A stretch of 63,365 nucleotides of DNA, counting the filler, from Octopus bimaculoides (taxonomy: Eukaryota), in the NCBI RefSeq assembly GCF_001194135.2. It is 6 parts of 6 records of this genome, joined end to end, with 100 filler letters (N's around TTAATTAATTAA, not from the genome) between each part and the next. Parts side by side here need not be neighbours in the genome. Positions count along the whole stretch, not along the records: positions 8,229 to 17,538 come from NC_068982.1; positions 17,639 to 24,316 come from NC_068987.1; positions 24,417 to 34,084 come from NC_068996.1; 3 more parts are not named here. One strand, given 5' to 3'. A model generated the notes under the pieces. It was not told where the DNA came from, searched no databases, and was given only the letters and a program-made list of their open reading frames with translations. The number at the start of each line of letters is the position of its first letter. The first letter of the stretch is position 1. Both the position numbers and the translations under genes were made by a program. This document shows, piece after piece, positions 13,776-27,393 of the stretch.

Positions 13776-14349
13776 ATATCATATTTCAAAGCAGTCTATA
13801 CTGTCATACATAGCCTAAAGTTTTATGATCCCTCACCTAGAATATGCTTTAAGAGGGACTATCTATCACTCGAATCCTCAGTTCACTTCGGCCACCCGCA
13901 TGGGTAATACCTTGAATGAAGCTGCTGATTAGTAATATCTACCTTGGGTGAATACGTAATGCAAAGGAATCAATTAAATGTACATAAATGCTAGAACAAA
14001 GGACATTAGGACACTTATGCAGCAGAAACATGTGTTGGATTGGAATCTAAGGCAAATAATGAAAGGCAAAGTTGACCTGGAAATATAGGAGGGTGACAGG
14101 ATAGCAATGATACAGTTGGCAGGGCAGGACGGACAGGATTGGGGTGGAGGAGTTGGGGAAGGAGAGCTAAACATGAAGAAGAGGTATGAGGAAGGGAAGA
14201 AGTAGTCTGGTTTATTGGGTTAGGGTCACATGGTTAAAGGTTCTGTCTTGTTGCATTGTATTTTGAGCAAATATTTTGTTACAGCCTCAATGTAACCCTT
14301 GCTTTGTGAATGAAATAGAGTTGATAGAAGTCGTACAAAGTCTCATTCA

Positions 14350-14572
14350 CACTTTTGATACCAACCCAGCTGAAACCAGTTCTGACTCTGAGTACAAATG
14401 TCTTGTTTTCATAAGTTTTGAATTAAAATCTTCCACCAAACCTTAGTCACAATTTATGTTCCTAACACTAGCTGAATTATAACTAAGTTATTTTACTAAA
14501 TTCTTTGTTATATTTAAAGTAATTGAAAGAAACACTGAGCATCTCAAGAGAAATATGGTAACAAAGGGTTAA
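14350..14572. mobile_element. piggyBac-type MITE, left end eroded; internally deleted second copy at about 14722-14791
   Basis: Both copies share TTTTGATACCAACC at the start and GAAAGAAACAC...GCATCTCAA...AGGGTTAA at the end. Confidence 0.6.
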
Positions 14573-15489
14573 GAAGAAAAATAATCAGCAGAAGACATGT
14601 GAGAAGGAGACCTCAATGTGGTCACTTGATATGTTAGAAATAATAGCCTAAATTTCCTTTAATCCACACCCTTCCAACTGGTTCTAATGTACATCTGCCC
14701 AAATGTAGAGGTGTGTATAATTCTTTTGATACCAACCTGCCTGAAAGAAACACACAGCATCTCAAAGTAAATACGGTAACGGAAGGGTTAACTGTACAAC
14801 TGAAAATTGTTTTTCAGCTCTATGAGACTGTTTTGAACAAAATATTTGAAGAGGAAGTTGGAAAGACTGGAAATCATTAAAAAGAACTGCTGCACACTTG
14901 AAGTATCCCTTAGAGTATTAAAGAAACCTGTTGCCATTTGGGCTTACAATTGCTTCTGTTGTTTAAACTGAGAATTTGGTTTCCAAGAACTTCTTAAAGA
15001 CTAGCATCAGTTATAAATTAGATGAAATGAAAAGATAACCGGCTTTAGAATGACCCGGATACAATTGCAGATACCATTGCCAATTCAGATGAAGAAGATG
15101 ACGAAATGATGGGATGGAACACAGGGCAAAAGACTAAATATTAAAGAATGGCCATAGTTATTTGATAAATCAAATGACGACTGATTTTTGATAATTTTTT
15201 TAAAATGCACTCATTTTATAAACAATGATGTTTTTAAAGCTATTTTAAGTAAAAATTACACAGCGGAAACCGGAACTATAACAGTTCAAGAATTGGCTTT
15301 TAATTTTTTGCATTTTTTGTATTTTAAGTGTTTTAGAATTTTCAGTGATTTTATGGTGATTCCTTAAAACCATCATCATCATCATCGTTTAACATGCTCC
15401 TTCTATACCGCCATGGACTGGACATATATGTATGTGTAATATATATATATATATATAAGTTTTTTCCTTTATTCATTTTTTCTTTTATT

Positions 15490-15870
15490 CTTTTTTTTCT
15501 TTTACTTGTTTCAGTCATTTGACTGCAGCCATGCTGGAGCACCGCCTTTAGTCAAACAAATCGACCCCCAGGACTTATTCTTTGTAAGCCTAGTACTTAC
15601 TCTATCGGTCTCTTTTGCCGAATCACTAAGTTACGGGGACTTAAACACACCAACATCAGTTGTTAAGCGATGTTAGGGGACAAACACACACACACACACA
15701 CACACATAATGGGCTTCTTTCATTTTCCGTCTACCACATCCATTCACATGGCTTTGGTCTGCCCGAGGCTATAGTAGAAGACACTTTCTCAAAATGCCAC
15801 ACAGTGGCACTGAACCCAGAACCATGTGGTTGGGAAGCAAGCTTCTTACCACACAGCCGTACCTGCACCT
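15490..15870 (-). mobile_element. SINE family A
   Basis: Full match to other copies. Confidence 0.9.
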
Positions 15871-16614
15871 ATATATATATATATATGTGTGTGTGTGCGT
15901 ATATTAAAACAATGTCTACCAAATAGCTGTTGTTAAGCAAAGCTTAAGTGAGACCTAATTTGATTACTTCATGGGAGAAAGAACAAGCGTAATTTCTGGG
16001 TGGAATTTTTTGCCTGTTAAGAAAAGACTCTACAACAATAAACTGGCTGATTTGATCAAATAATGTACATATTCCAACTATCGTCATCATCATCATCATC
16101 ATCATCATCATCACCACCACCACCATTATCATCACCATCATCATCGTCGTCATCATCATCATTGTCATCATCATCGTCATCATCATCATCATCGCCATCA
16201 TCATCATCATCTGTCCACTCAAATGAACTCTATACACCTTTTCTGTTGTTGTTGTTGTTGTTGTTGTTATTGTCTGAGTCTAAATCTCTTCTCACACTGA
16301 ACACCCCCGTGATCAAAGGCGTTTAAAGAAACACTGTAAATGGAGTGTTGTTACTATTGCTGTTCAACTTTGAAATCAGGCTTGACTGAGTAGACCTTCG
16401 ATCAAACGCATTCTAACTTTGACCATCCTGTCTTTTCAGACAACATTATCTCATGTCTTTCTTCACTTTAAAAAGAAAAAAGAAGAAAAAACAAAAAAAC
16501 GAGAAAGATGCCTGATTGTAATCTGGGACAGATTTGACTGCTGTTTCTAGCAAGTGAGGCAACCACATATAGGCTCCTTCATTGTTTCATACTTCTGTGT
16601 GAATAAATTTGCAT

Positions 16615-16820
16615 GAAGGTTTGTGGTTTAGTGGTTAGGATAGTCATATTATGATCGTAAGGCCGAGAGTTCAATCCCTAGTGATGTGGTGTGTCCTTGG
16701 GCAAGACACTTTATTTTCTGTTGCTCCAGTCCACTAAAATGAGTAATACCTGCGCTATATTGTATCTCCCTGAGAACTAAGTTAAGGGCACGTATGTCTG
16801 TGGAGTACTCAGCCACCATG
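16615..16820 (+). mobile_element. tRNA-derived SINE family D (central domain resembles the Meta-domain type)
   Basis: tRNA-like head followed by GTGTCCTTGGGCAAGACACTT...GCTCCAGTCCAC. Related minus copies at about 50905-51215, 55500-55720 and 60470-60755. The domain name is recognition only. Confidence 0.7.
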
Positions 16821-17638
16821 GACATTGGTGGATCAACAGAATCATTATTAAAGTGACAGGCAACTCTTTACATTCTGAGTTCAAATCCTATTGATGTAAA
16901 TTTTGCCTTTGTTCCCTCTGTGAACAATAAAACAAAATACCTGTAAAATACTAGGTTTGTTTATAATCCTACAATGCATTCTAGACATGAATGGGATTGT
17001 AATAGATGACGAAAACGTGAGAGAAAGGAAAAATGGGACTAAAATATCTGTAAAAACATTTTTTGTTTTTTCGGTTTTGCTGTAGATAAAAAAAAAAAAT
17101 GAAGAAAAAACATCTTTTTATACCATATTTCCTTTCCTTAAAGGATGAAGAAAATTTCAAATATAACAGTTTCAAATTAGACTCACATATTGCTAACAAA
17201 CGCTTGGCAAAATCATTATAATTATTACCTTACAGGAAAACATCATTAACAATATTAATAATGGGCAGAACAATAACGTCTGCTGATAATCTTACCATTC
17301 AAATGAAGCACCGCTCGTCCTGTATATAATATCCTTTGTTACAATGGCTTTATATTTTTCTTTAAAATTTCTTGGTAGACATTTATAGATCTTCTCTCCA
17401 TTGGCAAATTTATGTATGTCTAGGTATGTATGTGTATGTATGAGGATAGCTGTATGTGTCTATGTGTGTGTGTGTTTATGTGTTTGTGTGTGCTTGCATG
17501 TACGTGCTTTCTTACATGCTATATATATATATATATATNNNNNNNNNNNNNNNNNNNNNNNNNNNNNNNNNNNNNNNNNNNNTTAATTAATTAANNNNNN
17601 NNNNNNNNNNNNNNNNNNNNNNNNNNNNNNNNNNNNNN

Positions 17639-17684
<46 letters not shown>

Positions 17685-18070
17685 GTGTGTTTGTGTGTGT
17701 ATGTGTGTATACTATATATTCATATACATACGTAAATACACACACATAGTCATCCATTCTTTTACACAAATCTCCAAACATAAACATTGGTTTTAATGTA
17801 TTTAAAGTATAAATCTAAACATATTACGTTCACATACACATGCATGTTCATACATGAAATCACTTACACAGACACACAGACACACAAAAAATTTACAGAT
17901 ACGAGTTCGCGATCACCTATTCATACAGCACGCAAAATCGTACATATGCGTTTGCACGACTGCAAAGAGGCATTCCTGCCTATTTCTATACAGCGATCTG
18001 TCATTCATCTGTCTCGCTCCGTCTGCTGATGCGTTCGTCCACTTTTCTGTATGCATATATATATACATTC

Positions 18071-18120
<50 letters not shown>

Positions 18121-18189
18121 GTGGGTGTGTGTGTGTGTGTGTGTATGTGTGTTTGTGTGTGTGTGCATATATAAAGAGAGAGAATGTTA

Positions 18190-18475
18190 TATTAAATCTC
18201 TGGGCGAGATATAACAGTAGCAGTACCGAACCGTAGCATATATTTGCCAACTAAGTGTGGCGTCCTATACAGGACAATGCTACTGATGTTTATAGCCCCA
18301 GGAAGACATCTCCTCCAGCTGGCTAACGACACACATTCTGTATCCGATTAGAATTTGCGAGGGAAGGTCATCATTCCCATCTCTAGCTGTATGTGATACA
18401 CACGGACTCGAATTTCTAGGTGGTAACCCGTCTTCAGCGTGTATTGGGGATTAACATATAAACACAGATTAACAT
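18190..18475 (-). mobile_element. Short non-coding hammerhead-bearing repeat (Penelope pseudo-LTR or retrozyme-like)
   Basis: About 280-nt island between microsatellites that contains the 18398-18444 hammerhead and no recognisable protein homology. Boundaries approximate. Confidence 0.45.
18398..18444 (-). ncRNA. Type I minimal hammerhead ribozyme motif, core intact, stem II weakened
   Basis: Minus strand reads ATACACG-CTGAAGA-CGGG-TTACCA-CCTA-GAAA-TTCGA-GTC-CGTGTGT. 7-bp stem I, GUC triplet, near-palindromic stem III (ATTCGAGT). Confidence 0.7.
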
Positions 18476-18510
18476 TATATATATGTCCATATATATAATA
18501 TGTGTGTGTG

Positions 18511-18542
<32 letters not shown>

Positions 18543-18611
18543 TGTGTGCATGCGTATGTGTACGTGTGTGTGTGTGTGTGTGTGTGTCTCCTCTCTCTCT
18601 CTCTCTCTCTC

Positions 18612-18654
<43 letters not shown>

Positions 18655-19164
18655 ATATATTTATATATNNNNNNNNNNNNNNNNNNNNNNNNNNNNNNNN
18701 NNNNNNNNNNNNNNNNNNNNNNNNNNNNNNNNNNNNNNNNNNNNNNNNNNNNNNNNNNNNNNNNNNNNNNNNNNNNNNNNNNNNNNNNNNNNNNNNNNNN
18801 NNNNNNNNNNNNNNNNNNNNNNNNNNNNNNNNNNNNNNNNNNNNNNNNNNNNNNNNNNNNNNNNNNNNNNNNNNNNNNNNNNNNNNNNNNNNNNNNNNNN
18901 NNNNNNNNNNNNNNNNNNNNNNNNNNNNNNNNNNNNNNNNNNNNNNNNNNNNNNNNNNNNNNNNNNNNNNNNNNNNTATATATACATACATACATACACA
19001 CGATATATGATATATGGATATATATACGTATATATGCGCGTGTGCGTGTGTGTATGTGTGTGTGCATGTGGGTGGATGTGTTTGTTATGTTACTATCACT
19101 CGAAAGGGTTGTTTTCTCGCGGTACGTAAAGGTCCAAAGATGATTGTATCTAGATTTTAATTTT

Positions 19165-20211
19165 CCTTCCATTGATCCAATATAACGCTTGATCTCTGTT
19201 CAACCGTTACCAAACTTTGCTGATACACCTGCTTCATAGACGACGGAGGATATATTGCATACCTGCCCTAGAGGACAATTATTAGAATTACCTCTGCATG
19301 TGAAATCATGGTAGGTTTGGACGTCCTGCAACTGTCACCGCCGAGGAAAACATTGACTGTATTCACTACATGGCGATGGATGACGGGCGGTTGACAATAG
19401 ATAAAATAGCCAATGCTATTAGTATATCCATGAGAAAGTTGAGAATGTTCTGCGGAATGAACATAGTATGACGAAGGTTTCTGTTTGGTGTGTGCCACGG
19501 TTTCTAACACCTGAATGAAAATTGCCCGAGTTTGATCGTATCACAGGAAAATATAACATTGTTTGAAGCAGAATCAGCTGCTTTCCTTGAACGTTTCCTA
19601 ACCCAGGATTAGTGTTGGGGTCATCATTTGAACCAAAGACAGACCCATCCTCACTTGTTCCAAAGAAGGCCAAGGTCGTTTCATCTGCAGGGAAGGTGAC
19701 GGCTTCAGTTTTGGGAGTACAAAAAGTATTGTGTTCATTGACTATCTTCAGAAGGCCAACACCATAAATGGAGAGTGCTATGCTAACTTGCTGGGGCAGT
19801 TTCGAAAGGCTATCAAGACCATTCGTCCAGGGAAACTGACGAAAGGAGTCTTGTTTCATGAGGACAACGTTCCAGTACACAAGTCCTTGGTTTCAATGAC
19901 TGTGGCTTTGAACTAGTTGATCAACCACCCTATTCTCCTGATTTGGCCCTATCTGACAATTATCTGTTCCCCAACATGCAAAAACACTTGGCTGGGAATC
20001 AGTATCGCAGTGATGATGATGTCATATTGCTGTTGATGACTTTCTTGACCAACGGAATGAAAGCTTCTTGACCAATGGGATTCAAGCTACTGTAACACCG
20101 ATGTAAAAAGTGTATGAACTGCAAAAGGGACTATCTTAAAAAATAAATCTCATTTGGTCACATTCCATGAGAATATCTTCATCAGGCTATGGATTTTTCA
20201 GCCGACCTTCG
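19165..20211 (+). mobile_element. Degenerate mariner (DD34D-type) transposon
   Basis: Broken frames give GRPATVTAEENID, VPRFLT (WVPRxL motif), FLTQD, IVFIDYLQKANTINGECYANLL, LFHEDNVPVH and PPYSPDLALSDNYLFP. Ends in TIR-like TTTTCAGCCGACCTTCG. Many stops and frameshifts. Confidence 0.92.
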
Positions 20212-21061
20212 CGCTGACTTATACACAAAACGCATAAATATTTCTGTCCTAAATCATACACATTCATAAATATGTCCTTGTGGTTTACATGTATATATAT
20301 ATATATATATATATACATATACACATATATATACACATATTTATATTTATATTTATACTTATATTCATAACCTAATGAATATTGAACATATGAACGTACA
20401 ATATTTGCGTACACTCGCATACTTTTAAACACATACATATATATTTTATACACTATAGGCACGCGTGAACATATAAAAACTTACAAACAAAAGATATGTT
20501 GAACAAAATTTCTAGAAAACACAAATAAAAAAAAAGCCTATTCCAAGAAAATTTTTCCCTCGACAGTTTTATTAACCGCGTAAAGATGACGATATAATTT
20601 GTATGGATATTGAATTATGAATGGAGCAGACGACAGCGTGCGGCATCTGACGGCTATAAGAATTAGCTATTATTTCCGGGGTTTAACGAAATTACTTAAG
20701 GCGCTAAAAAAAATGGGAAAAAGTAATAAATGTAATAAGTTATATTAATTCTTACTTGTTTGTTTATTTTACATTGTATCTCTATCTTTCACTATATATA
20801 TATATATAAACTTCTCTCTCTCTTTCTTTCTCTCTCAGTCTTTCTTTCTCTCTGCTTCTTATCTATCTGCCTGTCTGTCTGACTGTCTCTCTGTCTGTAT
20901 TTATGTCTCTTCTCTCTCTTTCTCTCGCTCTCAGATTGACTTTTTTATTTTGCCTTTGAAACTTTATGATTTTCTTTTGAATTATAAAATAAACTCCGTT
21001 AACCTATCTCTGCATCTATCTACCATCTACATACCTGTCTGTATGTCTGTCTATCTATCTG

Positions 21062-21110
<49 letters not shown>

Positions 21111-21534
21111 TTATCTATCTATCCTTTTGTCTATTAATCTGCCTGCCTGTCTGCATGTATGTATGTTTGTGTGAATGTATGTATGTATGCGTATGTATGC
21201 ATATGTATATATGTGTGTGTGTNNNNNNNNNNNNNNNNNNNNNNNNNNNNNNNNNNNNNNNNNNNNNNNNNNNNNNNNNNNNNNNNNNNNNNNNNNNNNN
21301 NNNNNNNNNNNNNNNNNNNNNNNNNNNNNNNNNNNNNNNNNNNNNNNNNNNNNNNNNNNNNNNNNNNNNNNNNNNNNNNNNNNNNNNNNNNNNNNNNNNN
21401 NNNNNNNNNNNNNNNNNNNNNNNNNNNNNNNNNNNNNNNNNNNNNNNNNNNNNNNNNNNNNTATATATAAATATATATATACAGAGAAAAGAAAAAGGAG
21501 AGAGAAAGAGGTAGAGCTAAGTAAGTAGATAGAC

Positions 21535-21566
<32 letters not shown>

Positions 21567-21567
21567 G

Positions 21568-21635
<68 letters not shown>

Positions 21636-21706
21636 TGGACATTTGTGAGTCATTTATATACTTATATTTACACACATGCCCCTACACACACACACCTATA
21701 TTTATA

Positions 21707-21741
<35 letters not shown>

Positions 21742-22254
21742 ATTTCCGTACCTCTCCTTCTATTAATATATTTTATTGTAAAGTTCTGACCCACGTCCAC
21801 TCACACACAACCACGCTTAGCGCTTTTCTCACAGAAGGGGAATCAATGAAGGTGTAGTGCGGCGTAGAAATGGCGTGATAGTTGAGAGAGGGTGAAAGCA
21901 AGTGAGACGAGGTGACACGGATTATCATGGACAAAATACATCGCACGATGTAGCAGAAGCGGTAGAGAATATACATACATAATACATACATACATACATA
22001 CGTACATACATACGNNNNNNNNNNNNNNNNNNNNNNNNNNNNNNNNNNNNNNNNNNNNNNNNNNNNNNNNNNNNNNNNNNNNNNNNNNNNNNNNNNNNNN
22101 NNNNNNNNNNNNNNNNNNNNNNNNNNNNNNNNNNNNNNNNNNNNNNNNNNNNNNNNNNNNNNNNNNNNNNNNNNNNNNNNNNNNNNNNNNNNNNNNNNNN
22201 NNNNNNNNNNNNNNNNNNNNNNNNNNNNNNNNNNNNNNNNNNNNNNNNNNNNNN

Positions 22255-22440
22255 CCTTCTTATATACATACATACACACACGTACTCACATATATATACA
22301 CACATACATACATACATACATACATTACATGCATACACACATACATACTTATATATGTACATACCTTCTTATATACATACATACACACACGTACTCACAT
22401 ATATATACACACACATACATACATACATTACATGCATACA
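22255..22440. repeat. Tandem duplication with about 109-nt period
   Basis: CCTTCTTATATACATACATACACACACGTACTCACAT starts at both 22255 and 22364. Adjacent to a gap. Confidence 0.8.
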
Positions 22441-23207
22441 TACATACATACATACATACATACATACATACATACATACATACATACATACATACTTATA
22501 TACATACCATCAGACAGACAGTCACCAGACAACAGATTCAGCAATATTGGAGGTTTCTACAATTCATTGCCCGCCCACCTTATCTCTTCAGCCAATTCTT
22601 AATTCCACCGTTAATACCGCCAATGCCAGACAGCCATATTTTTTTTTTATTTACCTTCAATATATTTCCATACGAAGGAATGTTGTAAAGCTCAGGTCAA
22701 TTGAATATGAACTGCAGTCTCTGGGCTCCAGAATTGTCAAATAGTTGGATAGAAAATGTCTTAAGGTATTTACTACGGCTCTTCAAGTTATGAATTCGAA
22801 ACCCGCCGAGGTCCGCTTTGTCTTTTATCCTCTAGACCACGATAAAATTAAGTACCAGGCAATTACTGGAGTTAATGGTATCAACTGAACTTCCTCCCCT
22901 CAAAATTACAAGACTTGTGCTTAAGCAGCACTAATTATTAGTTGTTGGGGGATTAGCAGAATTATTAGCGCATTGAAAAGCATACTTTGCGGTGTTACTT
23001 CCAGCTTTTTGCGTTCTGATTTCAAATCGCGCTGCGATTATCTTTGCCTTTTATCCCTACGAGATCAATATGATATGATCAAGTACTGGGTAGATTTAAC
23101 TAACTCATCATCATCAACATCTGGGCATTACTGTCTCAGTCCGAGGACTCACGGGGACTGTTACCCGGTTTCTATGGCGTATAAGTATATATATATACAC
23201 GCATAAT

Positions 23208-23266
23208 AGGGTGAATCAGAAAGTAATGCAAATATAAATTGCATTACTTTCTGATTCGTCCTCGTA
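23208..23266. mobile_element. MADE1-like miniature mariner MITE (two TIRs with a 7-nt spacer)
   Basis: 24-nt arms 23208-23231 and 23239-23262 are inverted repeats matching at 22 of 24 positions. Right end CCTCGTA is a mariner-type terminus with TA. Confidence 0.75.
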
Positions 23267-23276
23267 TATATTCTCA

Positions 23277-23311
<35 letters not shown>

Positions 23312-23393
23312 TCATAAACAAAGAGAGCTTGATTTATCCCTTTTGCATTCACATTATTTTGTCAAAAGAGAGATAGAGAGACAGATAGATAGG

Positions 23394-23479
<86 letters not shown>

Positions 23480-24416
23480 TGTATGTATGAATGCGTATGT
23501 ATACATATGTACACATGCATACATTTACGACGGATGTCAAATAGCTTATACCAACCAAGTGTATCTGGAAAGGTATTGCTGTAACCGAGAGGACGTTGCA
23601 CTAAACAATCGTTTAACCGAGGTAGAACAATCAAATTCAATCAGAAACTACGTGACTTGGAAGTGAACTTAATATGATCATATCGGCCGATCACTCGTAT
23701 GTCATTGTAATTATTTAATTTAACTCTTTTAATATCTTTTTCTAATAAGATATTGAGGTGGGAGCGGCTTGTCAATTACTTCCACCTCAAGTGCTCGACT
23801 CGTAATTATTTTCCCGACCTCGAAAAGATGAAAGTTAAAATCGACCTCGGTGCAATTTGAACACAAAATGTAATGACAGATGAAATGCTGCTAAACGTTT
23901 TGTCCGGCATGTTAACAATTCTGTAAGCTCACCGCCTTATTTAACTCTATTAATCTAAAATGATAATCGCTGTGGTTCCAATTTTGTTAATTATATAACG
24001 CAGTTACATAATTAACAGTTGATATGATGTCCGGATCCTACAGGCGATTCTATAGATTCTATTGTTTTTCCGTCTTCTCACCCGTATGTATCTATGCATG
24101 ACTGTGGCCATGCTGTAGCACCGCCTTGATGGATTTTAGTCGAATGAATCGACTCCAGGACTTGTTCTATTAGCCCCTCATGCCGAATCGCTTAGTTACA
24201 GGGTCGTAAGCTCACCGACACTGGCTGTCAAACGGTGGCGGGCGACAAACACAGACGCAAAGACACACACATACACACAGATACACACACACGCACACAC
24301 ACACACACACACACACNNNNNNNNNNNNNNNNNNNNNNNNNNNNNNNNNNNNNNNNNNNNTTAATTAATTAANNNNNNNNNNNNNNNNNNNNNNNNNNNN
24401 NNNNNNNNNNNNNNNN

Positions 24417-24570
24417 TGCAGTTTCATTGTTTTTATCCTTTACTGCTTGCTTAATTTGGTCAATCTCTACTTCAGTTAGTAATTTTTTTTTCATAATGTT
24501 TCTTCTGACGTTGGCAAGTTTGTTACTGTCTATGTAGGGTCTTACTTCAAGGTGTTTCTGTCTCCAGTTT
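24417..24570 (-). mobile_element. Probable Dong/R4-like N-terminal fragment abutting (TAA)n
   Basis: WRQKHLEVRPYIDSNKLANVRRNIMKKKLLTEVEIDQIK resembles the N-terminal domain of REL-type elements. Runs into a gap. Confidence 0.45.
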
Positions 24571-24573
24571 AAG

Positions 24574-24621
<48 letters not shown>

Positions 24622-25800
24622 GTTATTATTATTATTATTGCTGTTGTTATTATTATTATTATTATTATTATAAATGTTACATAAGATTTAAAAAGAAAAG
24701 TATGCTTTGTACAACTTTGAAACCATATGTGTGTATATGAGTAGGGGGGGTATTTATGGTTGTAGTGTTGGTGGTGTGTGTGTTGAGACGGGGGCGGTGA
24801 TTGTTGCAAGTGAGGAGTAATGGTGGTGGAGTTGTAGACTGTGGAGATAATTACAATGATAGAGATTAGATAAGGTGATGGTAATGATGATGATGATGAT
24901 GATGATGACAATATTGGTGGGTGGCAGTTGTGTGGAAAAGTGATGGTTGTGATGTTGCTGTTGTTGTTGTTGTTGTGGTTGTGGTGGTGGTGGTGGTTAT
25001 ATGATTATTACAGCACTTATGATGATGATGACTGATGATAATGACTGATGACAATGGTGGTGATGATGATGATCATCCTCATCATGCTGCTGCTGATGGT
25101 GGTGGTGGTGGTGGTGGTGGTGGTGGTGGTGGTGATAGGAGTGATAGTGGTGACAGTGTTGTTGTTGTTGTTGGTGGTGGTGGTGATGACAGAAGATGAG
25201 GATGATGATGAATGATGAATGAAGATGATGGTGATGGTGGTAGTGCTGGTGGTGACAGTCAATGATGATGATGATGATGATGATGATGATGGCCATGGTG
25301 AAGGTAATGGTGATGGTGATATCAATGATGATGATGGTGGTGGTGGTGGTGATGATGTAGTTGATTATGATGATGATGATGATGACAATTATAATCACCA
25401 AGAAAGCAGCCAGTTACTCTAGACTACAGCATGAATTTAATTAATCTTTGGAGAGAAATTTAAGCTGTCAAAAATGACAAAAGGTTTTTTTTTCTGTTAT
25501 TGAGTCTCCCACCACCACTACCACCACCACCACCAACAACAACACCATTACAACCACCATCACATACATGCCGCCAGCAACACATCCTCCTGTAGTTTTA
25601 CTATGACCACTAACATTACTGCTCTACCACCAACACCACCAACACCACCATTGCCACTATCACACTACCACCAGGACCACCACGACCATAATGACAACAA
25701 CGACAACCAATACCACCTCCACTATCACCACAACCACAACCACTGTCACCATCACCACCACCACCACCACCACTGCCATCACCACCACCACCACCACTGG
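24570..25800. repeat. Compound trinucleotide microsatellite region: (ATT)n, (GAT/GGT)n, (CAC/CAT)n
   Basis: Directly visible. One of many SSR tracts; others include (CAT)n 3298-3505, (ATAG)n 21525-21635 and 23385-23478, (TA)n 47520-47700, (TG)n 50027-50099 and 58628-58716. Confidence 0.95.
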
Positions 25801-26022
25801 CCTTTTCTGTTTATTTATCCTTGATCTATTGTAAAATTATCGAAACAGGTGTTGAAAAGAAAACCTAGCTTACAAACACACACACACACTTAAATAAATA
25901 CAACTGCACACACAAAAAACATTTGCCTAATCACAAGCTTATGTATTTGCATATCATCCACACAACTGCTGTCATCATACAAAACATTACAATAATCAGA
26001 ACTGTCACCCTCCTCCTATCCG

Positions 26023-26068
<46 letters not shown>

Positions 26069-27102
26069 TTTCATCACCTCCATGAGGAAGGGGATGATCT
26101 CTCTTATTAGCCACAAGGTCTCAAGACATTGAGGATGATACAAGTATGAAATAAAAAGTGGGATTTTCACTAAATAAAAACAACAAAAAAATATAGTAAA
26201 TAAAATTTTCCCTACCCCGCAAACCACCAAGGGATATTTGGGAGGAACATCACATTAGTCTTCACACCCTAAGCAAAAAAAAAACAATAAAAGTGGTGTC
26301 TCCCTGTTTCCCCTACTCAGTAAAACTAACTGGGAATAAACTCATCCAGCTTTGCTATACTCAGCCACTTTTTCTTAAACTCTTTCTTTTTCTCTCTCTC
26401 TCTCTCACTCACCCTTTCTCTCTCTTTTTCTCCCTCTCTAGTTTTATTTTTCTCCTCAAGTGCTACTTGGAGAAGTTGATAAAAGCTTGGCAAGAGAAAA
26501 AAAAGATGCCAGTCTTGAAAATTTCAGACAAGTTTCCATCATACAATTTCTTTTGCGATAACCATTAAGCAAAGAAAAATGGTTGCCCTTTGCTGCCATT
26601 GGAAAGTGGCAAGTCAATTTTCACTAATAGACTTGGCACTGAGAGCAAGATTCATCTGACATGCAACAGCAGTAATTTGATGCAGGACTACAAAGCCTGT
26701 ATGCACGAGCACCGAGCAATAGTGTGTAAGATGGTTTTATGGCCACATTTTGGATATACTCAGCTGCTGCACATATATGTCTGTCCTTGCTGTGCTTGTA
26801 GACTGACATGCAACAGTCACCAGTTAGAGCCTTCATAGATGATTAGGCTGTAACGACATCACCAATCACTTGTGTCAGGTGTCTTAAGAACATCTGAGGG
26901 GCAAGAATGAGCACCAAGCCATTCAAATTGAGGTCTCTTCAGCTGAAAATATACAGAGTGGTATGAAAGATCTGCTTCACGAAATCTAAAACCACAATTC
27001 CAATGCTGTCAAAATAAACAGTTAAGAGTTTGGGAAGACTCTTTGACCAAGGCTCAAAGGATGTGGTTTTATGGTTTTACATGAAACCAATGAAAACCTT
27101 AA

Positions 27103-27393
27103 CCCATTACCTCCCATAATTCTATTAACTGGAATTTTTTTTATGAAACTTTGATTTCTAGCATAAAACAGCCTTAGAAACACGCTGGAATGATCAAAAT
27201 AACATTTCAAAATAACATTTTAAATAGAAATAAGCGAGATATTGGGTGAAAAATTAGCAAACCTCATTTGAATATCTGAGAAATATACCTAGTAGATATA
27301 GCAAAAAGGTTAGATATGTGTAAATATTGACAGATAATTACGAAATTTGTAATTTTTAAGTGATCTCATATGAGATCACTGGTAGGTAATGGG
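27103..27393. mobile_element. piggyBac-type MITE
   Basis: TTAA on both sides (27099-102, 27394-97). Perfect 10-bp TIR CCCATTACCT/AGGTAATGGG. Internal 22-nt palindrome at 27359-27380. Confidence 0.8.
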
